Part shown: positions 12,670-22,121 of the stretch, one piece after another
How positions within the stretch are numbered: position 1 is the first letter of the stretch
Layout of the letters: each line of letters begins with the position of its first letter
Assembly: GCF_048403405.1 (NCBI RefSeq)
Contig: NZ_CP183129.1
Length of the DNA stretch: 64,000 bases
Origin: Escherichia coli
GTDB lineage: Bacteria > Pseudomonadota > Gammaproteobacteria > Enterobacterales > Enterobacteriaceae
Direction: 5' to 3' (one strand)
Notes under the pieces: generated by a model
Seen by the model: only the letters and a program-made list of their open reading frames with translations
Database searches by the model: none
Told to the model about the DNA's origin: nothing
Made by a program: the position numbers and the translations under genes

Positions 12670-14148
12670 TTACGCATTCGACCAGCTCTGGATCGAATCC
12701 GCATTCCCCAATTCCCCATGCATCACTTCATACGATTTTTTCAGGATTACATCAGTATGTTTGGTTAACTCCTTGAAAATGCCTTTATTCATCGCGTTGT
12801 AGCGTTTGGCGTTGCTCTCAACAGGCATAAAGATATCTTTCACGCGAACCATTTTGTCGACAGCCGTTGCGTAATCCGGGTATAGCCCCAGACCTACCGC
12901 CGTATTAATCGCTGCCCCCAGGCTTGCACAACCATTAATGGCGTTACGGCGTGCCGGAAGGTTGAACACGTCGGCAAAAATCTGCATAAACAGATCGCTG
13001 TTCGAACCGCCGCCAGTAATGATCACATGCTTTGCAAAGTGATTCATTTCATTACACATATTGTCGTAATTGTTCTTCAGCGTCAGCGCCACGCTTTCCA
13101 GTATCGAACGATATATCCATGCGTAATCCATGCTGGAATCAAAGCCAATCATAATCCCGCGTTTGTACGGTTCCCACGGATTGGTCAGCCAGTCCAGCAC
13201 CGTCATCAGACCATTACAGCCTGGCGGCACACAAGACGCTTTTTTGTTGAGCAAATCTTCCGGTGAAAGATCCTGTGCTTTGGCATCCTGAATTAACGAC
13301 TCGCCTAACATGTCGCGTAGCCAGCTCACCGTCCACATGCCTTTGCGAATACCGTAACCTTCATACAGCAAGGTTTGCGGAATAGAAGACATAATCGGCC
13401 AGTACGCTACCGGATCTTTCGGTAGTAATTTGCCGTTCATCATCAACGCGATGTAAGTGCCAAGAGAAATTACCGCAGTTTCATCATCCAGTAACCCGGC
13501 TCCCAGTGCTTCTACCGGTTTATCACTGGTGGTACAAACAACCGGCAGCCCAGCCGGGAAATGTGTCGCCAGCGCGGCTTGAGGAGTGATATGCCCAAGA
13601 ACAGTGCCCGGCATTTGCACATCAAACAGCATATGACGGGGGATATTAAACTTCTCCATGACTGCGGCATCTTCACTCCATGCCCAGGTCTTATAATCCA
13701 CCGGCCACTGACCAAAATAGTTGGCGATATTGTCTTTAAACTCGCCGGTTAAGCGATGCGTCAGATAACCCGAAAAAGAGGTGACATATGCCACGTCAGG
13801 ATTCGTATGTTCGTAAGGGCGTGTAACGCGTGCATCCTGCCAGCTAATCAACGGCGCAGCTGGCGTGCCATCGGCTTTCAATAACGCACGGCAGCAACGG
13901 ATGGATCCCAGACCAATACCGACAATATCTTCTTTATTTCCGGCAAACTGACTCATCAAATCGTGACCGGCAAAGCATAATGATGCCCATAAATCGTCGT
14001 CAGGATGTTCTGCGGTATCGGCATCTGGCGTGTGCATCGGCTGCAATAAGCCTTTGCCTTCGCAAACCACATTACCTTCCAGATCGTACATCACCACTTT
14101 TGTGCTCTGACTTCCACCATCAATCCCTATGATGTATTTTTTCGACAT
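12670..14148 (-). CDS. ygcE: FGGY-family carbohydrate kinase YgcE
   Basis: 492-aa ORF MSKKYIIGIDGGSQSTKVVMYDLEG... typical of FGGY sugar kinase N-terminus. Confidence 0.9.
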   Translation of the reverse strand: MSKKYIIGIDGGSQSTKVVMYDLEGNVVCEGKGLLQPMHTPDADTAEHPDDDLWASLCFAGHDLMSQFAGNKEDIVGIGLGSIRCCRALLKADGTPAAPLISWQDARVTRPYEHTNPDVAYVTSFSGYLTHRLTGEFKDNIANYFGQWPVDYKTWAWSEDAAVMEKFNIPRHMLFDVQMPGTVLGHITPQAALATHFPAGLPVVCTTSDKPVEALGAGLLDDETAVISLGTYIALMMNGKLLPKDPVAYWPIMSSIPQTLLYEGYGIRKGMWTVSWLRDMLGESLIQDAKAQDLSPEDLLNKKASCVPPGCNGLMTVLDWLTNPWEPYKRGIMIGFDSSMDYAWIYRSILESVALTLKNNYDNMCNEMNHFAKHVIITGGGSNSDLFMQIFADVFNLPARRNAINGCASLGAAINTAVGLGLYPDYATAVDKMVRVKDIFMPVESNAKRYNAMNKGIFKELTKHTDVILKKSYEVMHGELGNADSIQSWSNA

Positions 14149-14174
14149 GATTTTTCTCCTGTAATTTTCTGGAC

Positions 14175-15452
14175 TTACTTGCTGCTAGCCATAGCAGGGG
14201 CGCTATCAGCAGTACGAATTTTTTGGAACAGCAAAAAGGTAAAGACGATCACCATGGCAAGCGCCGCCATGCCCATCAGCCACATATTGCGGTAGGCTTC
14301 TGCAGCGGGCAGGGTGTCTTGCCAGTAGCCGATAATCGGGTAAACGAAGACATCCGGCAGGAATCCAATCACCGAACAAATACCTACCGTGGTGCCCATA
14401 ATGTAAGACGGTGTTCTCGCTTCGCCAGGGCAGGCCCAGTACAGCCCGCGTGAGGCGTAACAGGTGAATCCCAGCAGTAAAATCAGGCCAATCCCCATCG
14501 CGACCGATTGCGGGTTAGAGTTCGTGACGAGCAGGGCAGTTAACGCCAGCAAGCCGAGTACGGAAAGGATTTGGATCACGCGGGTAGGGGATTTCACTTT
14601 GCTGTAGGTGGAGATAATGCCACCAAGTGGGCCGCACAGTGCGCGGAAGATTTTGTTGATCACAATCCCCATGTAGCTCGCCGCCACCAGCGACATGCCG
14701 TACATTTCGGTCAGATAGTTGGTGGAGTAACTCAGAATGGCGTAGATGGTGAAGACACCAAAAATCACCATGCTGCAATACCAGGTGGTGCTGATGCGCA
14801 AAACAGCCAGGATGTCGCTAAGCTGGAATGACTGTTTTTCTTCGTTATTGGTATTGCGCAGGTTGTTGTTATCGCTAACAAAAAACCAACACAAAATGCC
14901 CAGCAGAATGTAAACCACACTATAGATAATAATGACCGTTTTCAGGCTGGCGCTGTCATCCGGTGCAAAGCGAGAAAAGACCCACATGGTAAACACCGCC
15001 AGCGACATTACACCGACGCCGCGCAGCCCTTCCATCCAGCCCATAATTTTCCCTTGCTCGCTATGATCGCCCAGCAACGAGGCGGCTTTAATCGACACCG
15101 ACCACAGCATTAAAATCGTCGTTATCGCAAAGGCGACCTGAATACAGAGCATTACCCACAGCGGTGGATATGTTGCCATTAACAGACCCAGTAATCCGGT
15201 AATGATCATCGCGGAAGTAATCATTTTGCGGTGTGAAAATTTATCGGCAATAACGCCGCTGGGGGCATAAAGAATAATAGCCGCAATACCAAAGGTACTC
15301 ATTATTAAACCTATCTCGGTATTGCTGAATCCCATAAATTTCGCCATGGGAATTTGATAAATATAACGTAAATAAGCCAGGTCGAAACTAACGCCGCCGC
15401 TAAAACTAATTATCGCGAGGGTTATCCAACGGCGATATGAGTTGTGTTGCAT
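14175..15452 (-). CDS. yqcE: MFS transporter YqcE
   Basis: 425-aa polytopic hydrophobic ORF upstream of and co-oriented with ygcE. Confidence 0.88.
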   Translation of the reverse strand: MQHNSYRRWITLAIISFSGGVSFDLAYLRYIYQIPMAKFMGFSNTEIGLIMSTFGIAAIILYAPSGVIADKFSHRKMITSAMIITGLLGLLMATYPPLWVMLCIQVAFAITTILMLWSVSIKAASLLGDHSEQGKIMGWMEGLRGVGVMSLAVFTMWVFSRFAPDDSASLKTVIIIYSVVYILLGILCWFFVSDNNNLRNTNNEEKQSFQLSDILAVLRISTTWYCSMVIFGVFTIYAILSYSTNYLTEMYGMSLVAASYMGIVINKIFRALCGPLGGIISTYSKVKSPTRVIQILSVLGLLALTALLVTNSNPQSVAMGIGLILLLGFTCYASRGLYWACPGEARTPSYIMGTTVGICSVIGFLPDVFVYPIIGYWQDTLPAAEAYRNMWLMGMAALAMVIVFTFLLFQKIRTADSAPAMASSK

Positions 15453-15626
15453 ATCGTATTCCCATTTGTAATAGACAAAAAAAGAGAAAAGTAAGCCGCC
15501 CTTTCAGGTGGATTACTTTTCTCAGGTCTCTAGTAATTGCAATAAGAAATAACATGGAAAGTAGTGGTGTTGTGTGAGAGTAATCACGCTTCTGCTTTTT
15601 AAAATTATTTGACAATTCGAATATCA

Positions 15627-15648
15627 CACTGTGATTACGATCACATTA
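15627..15648. promoter_or_regulatory. Candidate CRP site in the yqcE/ygcW divergent region
   Basis: TGTGA-TTACGA-TCACA at about 15630-15645 matches the CRP core consensus TGTGA-N6-TCACA. Confidence 0.55.
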
Positions 15649-15697
15649 GCGATTATGCCCTTATGATAAAAATTATCTCCAGTTACCAGAGATAATG

Positions 15698-15744
15698 AGA
15701 AAGGTAACTTCCCTCTCGCGGGGGAAGTTACCTTTCTTTTTTTG
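15698..15744 (+). terminator. Leader terminator/attenuator hairpin immediately upstream of the ygcW RBS
   Basis: AAAGGTAACTTCCC-TCTCGCGG-GGGAAGTTACCTTT (14-bp perfect stem) followed by CTTTTTTTG; upstream AGTTACC (15681-15687) is complementary to GGTAACT in the left arm, a possible antiterminator alternative. Confidence 0.65.
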
Positions 15745-15767
15745 CCTTACGGAAATTGGAGCTAACT

Positions 15768-16553
15768 ATGTCAATCGAATCTCTCAATGCGTTCTCAATG
15801 GATTTTTTCTCCCTGAAAGGTAAAACCGCAATTGTTACCGGCGGGAATAGCGGTTTAGGCCAGGCATTTGCCATGGCGCTGGCCAAAGCAGGCGCAAATA
15901 TCTTTATTCCAAGCTTCGTTAAAGATAACGGCGAAACAAAGGAAATGATTGAAAAACAGGGTGTTGAGGTGGACTTCATGCAGGTGGATATCACCGCAGA
16001 AGGCGCGCCGCAGAAGATAATCGCCGCCTGTTGCGAACGTTTCGGTACCGTCGATATTCTGATTAACAATGCCGGTATTTGTAAGCTGAATAAGGTGCTG
16101 GACTTCGGTCGTGCCGACTGGGACCCGATGATTGATGTGAACCTGACCGCCGCATTCGAGTTAAGCTATGAAGCTGCAAAAATTATGATCCCGCAGAAAA
16201 GCGGTAAAATCATTAATATCTGTTCATTATTCTCTTACTTAGGTGGACAATGGTCACCTGCATATTCTGCCACTAAACATGCTCTTGCCGGGTTCACCAA
16301 AGCTTATTGTGATGAACTAGGTCAATATAATATTCAGGTAAATGGTATTGCTCCGGGATATTACGCTACCGATATCACTCTGGCGACCCGTAGTAATCCA
16401 GAAACTAACCAGCGCGTTCTTGATCATATTCCGGCAAACCGTTGGGGCGATACTCAGGATTTAATGGGCGCAGCCGTATTCCTCGCAAGTCCGGCATCGA
16501 ATTATGTCAACGGACATTTATTAGTGGTTGATGGCGGTTATTTAGTGCGCTAA
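15768..16553 (+). CDS. ygcW: Short-chain dehydrogenase/reductase YgcW
   Basis: SDR fold TGGNSGLG; ATG at 15768 with GGAG RBS preferred over the TTG start at 15756 in the ORF track. Confidence 0.9.
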   Translation: MSIESLNAFSMDFFSLKGKTAIVTGGNSGLGQAFAMALAKAGANIFIPSFVKDNGETKEMIEKQGVEVDFMQVDITAEGAPQKIIAACCERFGTVDILINNAGICKLNKVLDFGRADWDPMIDVNLTAAFELSYEAAKIMIPQKSGKIINICSLFSYLGGQWSPAYSATKHALAGFTKAYCDELGQYNIQVNGIAPGYYATDITLATRSNPETNQRVLDHIPANRWGDTQDLMGAAVFLASPASNYVNGHLLVVDGGYLVR

Positions 16554-16622
16554 TCCATAACGGTGGTTTCTGTTTTCTCTTATTAATGATTATTCCATTT
16601 TTATTATCAGGAAGGAATTACT

Positions 16623-18077
16623 ATGTCTTTATCTCGCGCAGCGATTGTCGACCAGCTAAAGGAAATTGTTGGTGCAGATCGCGTAATTACCGATGAAACA
16701 GTATTAAAGAAGAACAGTATTGACCGTTTTCGCAAATTTCCGGATATTCATGGCATTTATACTTTGCCGATTCCGGCAGCGGTCGTAAAACTCGGTTCCA
16801 CAGAACAAGTATCCCGTGTGCTGAATTTTATGAATGCGCACAAAATTAACGGTGTGCCGCGTACCGGTGCTTCCGCTACCGAAGGTGGGCTGGAAACCGT
16901 TGTGGAAAACTCGGTGGTGCTCGACGGCTCTGCCATGAATCAAATCATTAATATTGATATTGAGAATATGCAGGCCACGGCGCAATGCGGAGTTCCGCTG
17001 GAAGTGCTGGAAAACGCGTTGCGTGAAAAAGGTTACACCACGGGGCATTCTCCGCAGTCAAAGCCGCTGGCGCAGATGGGCGGCCTGGTAGCAACCCGCA
17101 GTATCGGGCAGTTCTCCACACTCTACGGCGCAATCGAAGATATGGTCGTTGGTCTGGAAGCAGTATTGGCTGATGGCACCGTAACACGCATTAAAAACGT
17201 ACCACGCCGCGCGGCAGGCCCGGACATTCGTCACATCATCATCGGCAACGAAGGTGCATTGTGCTATATCACTGAAGTAACAGTGAAAATCTTTAAGTTC
17301 ACCCCGGAAAACAACCTCTTCTACGGCTATATCCTGGAAGACATGAAAACCGGCTTCAACATCCTGCGTGAAATCATGGTGGAAGGGTATCGTCCGTCGA
17401 TCGCTCGTTTGTATGACGCTGAAGATGGCACCCAACACTTCACCCATTTTGCCGACGGAAAATGCGTGCTGATCTTTATGGCTGAAGGTAACCCTCGCAT
17501 TGCGAAGGCGACGGGCGAAGGGATTGCTGAAATCGTGGCACGTTACCCGCAATGCCAGCGAGTGGACAGCAAGCTGATCGAAACCTGGTTTAACAACCTG
17601 AACTGGGGACCGGATAAAGTAGCTGCCGAACGTGTGCAGATCCTCAAAACCGGCAACATGGGCTTTACCACCGAAGTGTCCGGCTGCTGGAGCTGCATTC
17701 ACGAAATCTACGAAAGCGTTATTAACCGTATTCGTACCGAGTTCCCGCACGCCGACGACATCACCATGCTGGGCGGTCACTCCTCTCATAGCTATCAGAA
17801 CGGCACCAACATGTACTTCGTCTACGACTACAACGTCGTTGACTGTAAGCCGGAAGAGGAAATCGACAAGTACCACAATCCGCTCAACAAAATCATCTGC
17901 GAAGAAACCATTCGCCTCGGTGGTTCGATGGTGCACCACCACGGCATTGGTAAACATCGCGTTCACTGGAGCAAGCTGGAACACGGCAGCGCGTGGGCGT
18001 TGCTGGAAGGGCTGAAAAAGCAGTTCGATCCTAACGGCATTATGAATACGGGTACTATCTATCCGATTGAAAAATAA
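16623..18077 (+). CDS. ygcU: FAD-linked oxidase YgcU (GlcD / alkyl-DHAP synthase-like)
   Basis: 484-aa ORF with FAD-binding PCMH-type domain features. Confidence 0.88.
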   Translation: MSLSRAAIVDQLKEIVGADRVITDETVLKKNSIDRFRKFPDIHGIYTLPIPAAVVKLGSTEQVSRVLNFMNAHKINGVPRTGASATEGGLETVVENSVVLDGSAMNQIINIDIENMQATAQCGVPLEVLENALREKGYTTGHSPQSKPLAQMGGLVATRSIGQFSTLYGAIEDMVVGLEAVLADGTVTRIKNVPRRAAGPDIRHIIIGNEGALCYITEVTVKIFKFTPENNLFYGYILEDMKTGFNILREIMVEGYRPSIARLYDAEDGTQHFTHFADGKCVLIFMAEGNPRIAKATGEGIAEIVARYPQCQRVDSKLIETWFNNLNWGPDKVAAERVQILKTGNMGFTTEVSGCWSCIHEIYESVINRIRTEFPHADDITMLGGHSSHSYQNGTNMYFVYDYNVVDCKPEEEIDKYHNPLNKIICEETIRLGGSMVHHHGIGKHRVHWSKLEHGSAWALLEGLKKQFDPNGIMNTGTIYPIEK

Positions 18078-18118
18078 TGTGTCAGGCAGCGTTCCGCGAT
18101 GACGGAGCGTTGCCTTTT

Positions 18119-18149
18119 CGGCTTCTCAGGCGAGAAGCCGTTCTTATTA
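18119..18149 (+). terminator. Hairpin between ygcU and ygcS (candidate internal attenuator)
   Basis: CGGCTTCTC-AGGC-GAGAAGCCG (9-bp stem) followed by TTCTTATTA, about 40 nt after the ygcU stop and 20 nt before the ygcS ATG. Confidence 0.45.
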
Positions 18150-18170
18150 CCGGACAATGAAGGGGTAAAG

Positions 18171-19508
18171 ATGAACACTTCACCGGTGCGAATGGATGAT
18201 TTACCGCTTAACCGTTTTCACTGTCGAATTGCTGCGCTCACTTTCGGCGCACACCTGACCGACGGTTATGTTCTCGGCGTCATTGGTTACGCCATTATTC
18301 AGCTTACGCCCGCCATGCAACTGACGCCGTTAATGGCGGGAATGATTGGCGGCTCGGCGCTCCTTGGTTTGTTTCTTGGCAGCCTGGTTCTTGGATGGAT
18401 CTCCGACCATATTGGTCGGCAAAAAATCTTCACCTTCAGCTTTTTGCTGATTACGCTCGCTTCGTTTTTACAATATTTTGCCACCACGCCAGAGCATCTT
18501 ATAGGACTACGCATTTTGATTGGCATTGGTCTGGGAGGCGATTACTCAGTAGGTCACACTTTGCTGGCTGAATTTTCTCCGCGCCGCCATCGCGGTGTTT
18601 TGCTGGGCGCATTCAGTGTGGTGTGGACCGTAGGCTATGTGCTGGCAAGTATTGCCGGACATCACTTTATTACCGAAAGCCCGGAGGCCTGGCGCTGGCT
18701 GCTGGCATCAGCGGCGTTACCAGCCTTGCTGATTACGCTGCTACGTTGGGGAACGCCAGAATCGCCACGCTGGCTACTGCGCCAGGGGCGTTTTGCAGAA
18801 GCTCACGCTATCGTGCATCGCTACTTTGGTCCCCATGTTTTACTGGGCGATGAAGTGGCAACGGCGACCCATAAACACATCAAAACCTTGTTCTCTTCGC
18901 GCTACTGGCGGCGCACGGCGTTTAACAGCGTCTTCTTTGTCTGCCTCGTAATCCCATGGTTTGTGATTTACACCTGGCTGCCAACTATCGCGCAAACTAT
19001 TGGTCTGGAAGATGCGCTGACAGCTAGCCTGATGCTTAATGCGTTGTTAATTGTGGGCGCGCTGCTGGGATTAGTTCTGACGCACCTGCTGGCACATCGC
19101 AAATTTTTGCTGGGAAGTTTTTTGCTGCTGGCGGCAACGCTGGTAGTGATGGCCTGTTTGCCTTCCGGTAGTTCATTAACGCTGCTGCTTTTTGTTCTCT
19201 TCAGCACCACCATTTCGGCAGTCAGTAATCTGGTGGGCATTTTGCCTGCGGAAAGTTTTCCTACTGACATTCGCTCGCTGGGCGTCGGTTTTGCCACCGC
19301 CATGAGTCGGTTGGGCGCGGCAGTAAGTACGGGCCTGCTGCCGTGGGTGCTGGCGCAGTGGGGAATGCAAGTCACCTTATTGCTCCTGGCGGCAGTGTTG
19401 TTGGTTGGTTTTGTCGTGACCTGGCTATGGGCACCAGAAACCAAAGCACTCCCGCTGGTGGCGGCGGGAAATGTAGGAGGTGCGAATGAACATTCTGTTA
19501 GCGTTTAA
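18171..19508 (+). CDS. ygcS: MFS transporter YgcS
   Basis: Polytopic membrane ORF; internal ATG at 18171 (MNTSPVRMDD...) chosen over the ORF-track start at 18099. Confidence 0.88.
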   Translation: MNTSPVRMDDLPLNRFHCRIAALTFGAHLTDGYVLGVIGYAIIQLTPAMQLTPLMAGMIGGSALLGLFLGSLVLGWISDHIGRQKIFTFSFLLITLASFLQYFATTPEHLIGLRILIGIGLGGDYSVGHTLLAEFSPRRHRGVLLGAFSVVWTVGYVLASIAGHHFITESPEAWRWLLASAALPALLITLLRWGTPESPRWLLRQGRFAEAHAIVHRYFGPHVLLGDEVATATHKHIKTLFSSRYWRRTAFNSVFFVCLVIPWFVIYTWLPTIAQTIGLEDALTASLMLNALLIVGALLGLVLTHLLAHRKFLLGSFLLLAATLVVMACLPSGSSLTLLLFVLFSTTISAVSNLVGILPAESFPTDIRSLGVGFATAMSRLGAAVSTGLLPWVLAQWGMQVTLLLLAAVLLVGFVVTWLWAPETKALPLVAAGNVGGANEHSVSV

Positions 19509-20265
19509 AGCCGAACCGGATGCCGGAATGCTGGCGGAAAAAGAGTGGCAGGCGGCGGCTCAGGGTAATAGCGGACCGGATGTTTCGCTTCTGCTAAGTT
19601 TACTCGGTGCTGATGAACAGGCTGCCGCCGCGCTGCTGTTGGCGCAGAGAAAAAACGGTACGTCGATGTCTTTAACCGCGTTGAGCATGGGGAATGAACG
19701 GGCGTTGCACTGGCTGCGCTATCTCATGGCTCTTGGGTTTGAGGAAGCTGTATTGCTGGAGACGGCGGCAGATCTGCGCTTTGCGCCGGAATTTGTCGCT
19801 CGCCATATTGCCGAATGGCAGCGTCAGAATCCGCTGGATCTGATAATTACCGGCTGCCAAAGCAGCGAAGGGCAGAATGGGCAAACGCCATTTTTGCTGG
19901 CGGAAATGCTGGGCTGGCCCTGCTTCACCCAGGTGGAGCGTTTCACTCTCGACGCGCCGTTTATCACCCTCGAACAGCGTACTGAACATGGGCTGCGCTG
20001 TTGCCGGGTTCGCTTGCCTGCGGTGATTGCCGTGCGTCAGTGTGGTGAAGTGGCCTTGCCAGTACCGGGAATGCGCCAGCGAATGGCTGCGGGGAAAGCA
20101 GCAATTATCCGTAAAACTGTTGCTGCCGAATCGCCAGCGATGCAGTGTCGGCAACTGGCAAGAGCAGAGCAACGACGCGGAGCGACGCTGATTGATGGGC
20201 AAACGGTAGCAGAAAAAGCGCAAAAGCTATGGCAGGACTATTTACGCCAAAGGATGCAGCCATGA
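19486..20265 (+). CDS. ygcR: Electron-transfer flavoprotein beta-subunit-like protein YgcR
   Basis: ORF MNILLAFKAEPDAGML... ETF-beta/FixA-like; start trimmed from the ORF-track 19480. Confidence 0.85.
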   Translation: MNILLAFKAEPDAGMLAEKEWQAAAQGNSGPDVSLLLSLLGADEQAAAALLLAQRKNGTSMSLTALSMGNERALHWLRYLMALGFEEAVLLETAADLRFAPEFVARHIAEWQRQNPLDLIITGCQSSEGQNGQTPFLLAEMLGWPCFTQVERFTLDAPFITLEQRTEHGLRCCRVRLPAVIAVRQCGEVALPVPGMRQRMAAGKAAIIRKTVAAESPAMQCRQLARAEQRRGATLIDGQTVAEKAQKLWQDYLRQRMQP

Positions 20266-21122
20266 ATATCGCAATTGTGACAATAAATCAGGAGAATGCC
20301 GCAATAGCGAGCTGGCTGGCAGAACAGGATTTCAGCGGTTGTACCCTGGCACACTGGCAGATTGAACCTCAGCCCGCTGTGGCGGAACAGGTACTGGATG
20401 CGCTGGTGGAACAGTGGCAGCGAACGCCTGCGGACGTTGTTATCTTTCCGCCGGGAACGTTTGGCGATGAACTGTCGACCCGGCTGGCCTGGCGTTTACA
20501 TGGTGCAAGCATCTGCCAGGTGACTTCGTTAGATATTCCAACCGTAAGCGTGCGCAAATCCCACTGGGGAAATGCGCTAACGGCGACGCTGCAAACAGAA
20601 AAACGCCTGCTATGCCTTTCCCTGGCGCGTCAGGCGGGAGCAGCGAAAAACGCCACGTTGCCCTCTGGTATGCAGCAACTGAACATTGTCCCAGGTGCGC
20701 TTCCCGACTGGCTGGTTAGCATAGAGAATCTGAAAAATGTTAGCCGCGACCCATTAGCTGAAGCCAGACGGGTGCTGGTGGTGGGGCAGGGCGGAGAGGC
20801 AGATAACCAGGAAATCGCTATGCTGGCAGAAAAGCTGGGAGCCGAAGTGGGCTACAGTCGGGCGCGAGTGATGAACGGTGGCGTTGATGCTGAAAAAGTG
20901 ATTGGTATTTCCGGACATCTGCTGGCACCTGAGGTGTGCATTGTTGTTGGCGCTTCCGGCGCAGCAGCGTTAATGGCGGGCGTACGCAATAGCAAGTTTG
21001 TGGTGGCGATTAATCATGACGCCAGCGCGGCGGTATTTTCACAGGCAGATGTTGGCGTGGTTGATGACTGGAAAGCGGTGCTGGAGGCACTGGTGACAAA
21101 CATTCACGCAGATTGCCAATAA
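20262..21122 (+). CDS. ygcQ: Electron-transfer flavoprotein alpha-subunit-like protein YgcQ
   Basis: ORF MNIAIVTINQENAAIASWLAEQ... ETF-alpha/FixB-like; overlaps the ygcR stop. Confidence 0.85.
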   Translation: MNIAIVTINQENAAIASWLAEQDFSGCTLAHWQIEPQPAVAEQVLDALVEQWQRTPADVVIFPPGTFGDELSTRLAWRLHGASICQVTSLDIPTVSVRKSHWGNALTATLQTEKRLLCLSLARQAGAAKNATLPSGMQQLNIVPGALPDWLVSIENLKNVSRDPLAEARRVLVVGQGGEADNQEIAMLAEKLGAEVGYSRARVMNGGVDAEKVIGISGHLLAPEVCIVVGASGAAALMAGVRNSKFVVAINHDASAAVFSQADVGVVDDWKAVLEALVTNIHADCQ

Positions 21123-21125
21123 CGT

Positions 21126-21238
21126 GTTGCCGGATGATCCTGCCGATGGTTCTGGGCTGGGGATTTGTAAGCCTGATAAGACGCGTCAAGCGTCGTATCA
21201 GGCGCTGAATGTCGGATGTGGCGTGCAGCCTACAAATC
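21126..21238. repeat. REP/BIME-type extragenic palindromes between convergent ygcQ and ygcP
   Basis: GCCTGATAAGACGCGTCAAGCGTCGTATCAGGCG and GTCGGATGTGGCGTGCAGCCTACA match the enterobacterial REP pattern. Confidence 0.7.
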
Positions 21239-21268
21239 ACACAAATTCAATTCGTTACGATTATCCCG

Positions 21269-21844
21269 TCAAAGCAATTTTTTCGCTAGCGTCCAGACCC
21301 CGGTATTCGTGGTGGAAAGCGCCACAACACCCGCGTTAATCGCATTACGCGCATCTTCTTCATCGCACACCAGCCCGCCGGCAATCAGCGGTTGGCGGAT
21401 TTTCTCCGTCACCCAGCCCAGCACTTTGGGCATACAGCCTGGCAGGATCTCAATACAATCCGGATTCGATTGCGCAACTTGCTTATCAATGTTGTGAAAC
21501 GAAATCGAATCAACAATAAACAGGCGATGAATACAGAAAAAACCTTCCGCTCTTGCTGCTTTCAGCATCGATGCTTTCGTGCTGATAATGCCGTCCGCCT
21601 CAGTCACCAGTTTCAAAAACTGAATCACCACTTCTTTATTTGACGCGCCTTCCAGCAAATCAACATGAATAAAAGCATATTTTCCGGCGTTCTTAATCTT
21701 TTTAACGATATTACTGATGGTGCAGATATTGCCGTACAACACGGAAATAAACTGGCATTCAGAGTCGATTGCCAGTTGCAGGCTGGCATTATCTTTAACG
21801 GCAGCAATCACCGGATTCTGGCGGAGCAGGTGTAAGAGGGGCAT
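21269..21844 (-). CDS. ygcP: GlpP-family glycerol-3-phosphate-responsive antiterminator-like protein YgcP
   Basis: 191-aa ORF MPLLHLLRQNPVIAAVKDNASLQLAIDSECQFISVLYG... Confidence 0.8.
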   Translation of the reverse strand: MPLLHLLRQNPVIAAVKDNASLQLAIDSECQFISVLYGNICTISNIVKKIKNAGKYAFIHVDLLEGASNKEVVIQFLKLVTEADGIISTKASMLKAARAEGFFCIHRLFIVDSISFHNIDKQVAQSNPDCIEILPGCMPKVLGWVTEKIRQPLIAGGLVCDEEDARNAINAGVVALSTTNTGVWTLAKKLL

Positions 21845-21860
21845 AAATTATCCTTATTAT

Positions 21861-22121
21861 TTATCCAAAACGGTAGGTGATGCCGAATCCGGAAGGCGGA
21901 TAGCGCCACTGTTGTAGTGTTGATTCGTCGCACAGCAAACGGCAGGTGCCACACTCCAGGCAGCCGCGATAATCAACGCGTAAGTCACCTTCCGGTGTGA
22001 GCGAAAAAAGACCAGCCGGACAAGCGTTAATCAACCGTTGTACCGTCTGACGCTCAACGGAGTCAGCCGGAACAATGTGCGGCGCATCGGCAACGCGCCA
22101 GAGATTACGGGCTACAGACAT
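21861..22121 (-). CDS. ygcO: FixX-like ferredoxin YgcO
   Basis: Cys motif CLECGTCRLLC; internal Met (MSVARNLWR...) chosen as start. Confidence 0.8.
   Translation of the reverse strand: MSVARNLWRVADAPHIVPADSVERQTVQRLINACPAGLFSLTPEGDLRVDYRGCLECGTCRLLCDESTLQQWRYPPSGFGITYRFG

Noticed and set aside
17058-17984. 308-aa ORF on the minus strand
   Set aside because: Antisense to ygcU; shadow ORF.
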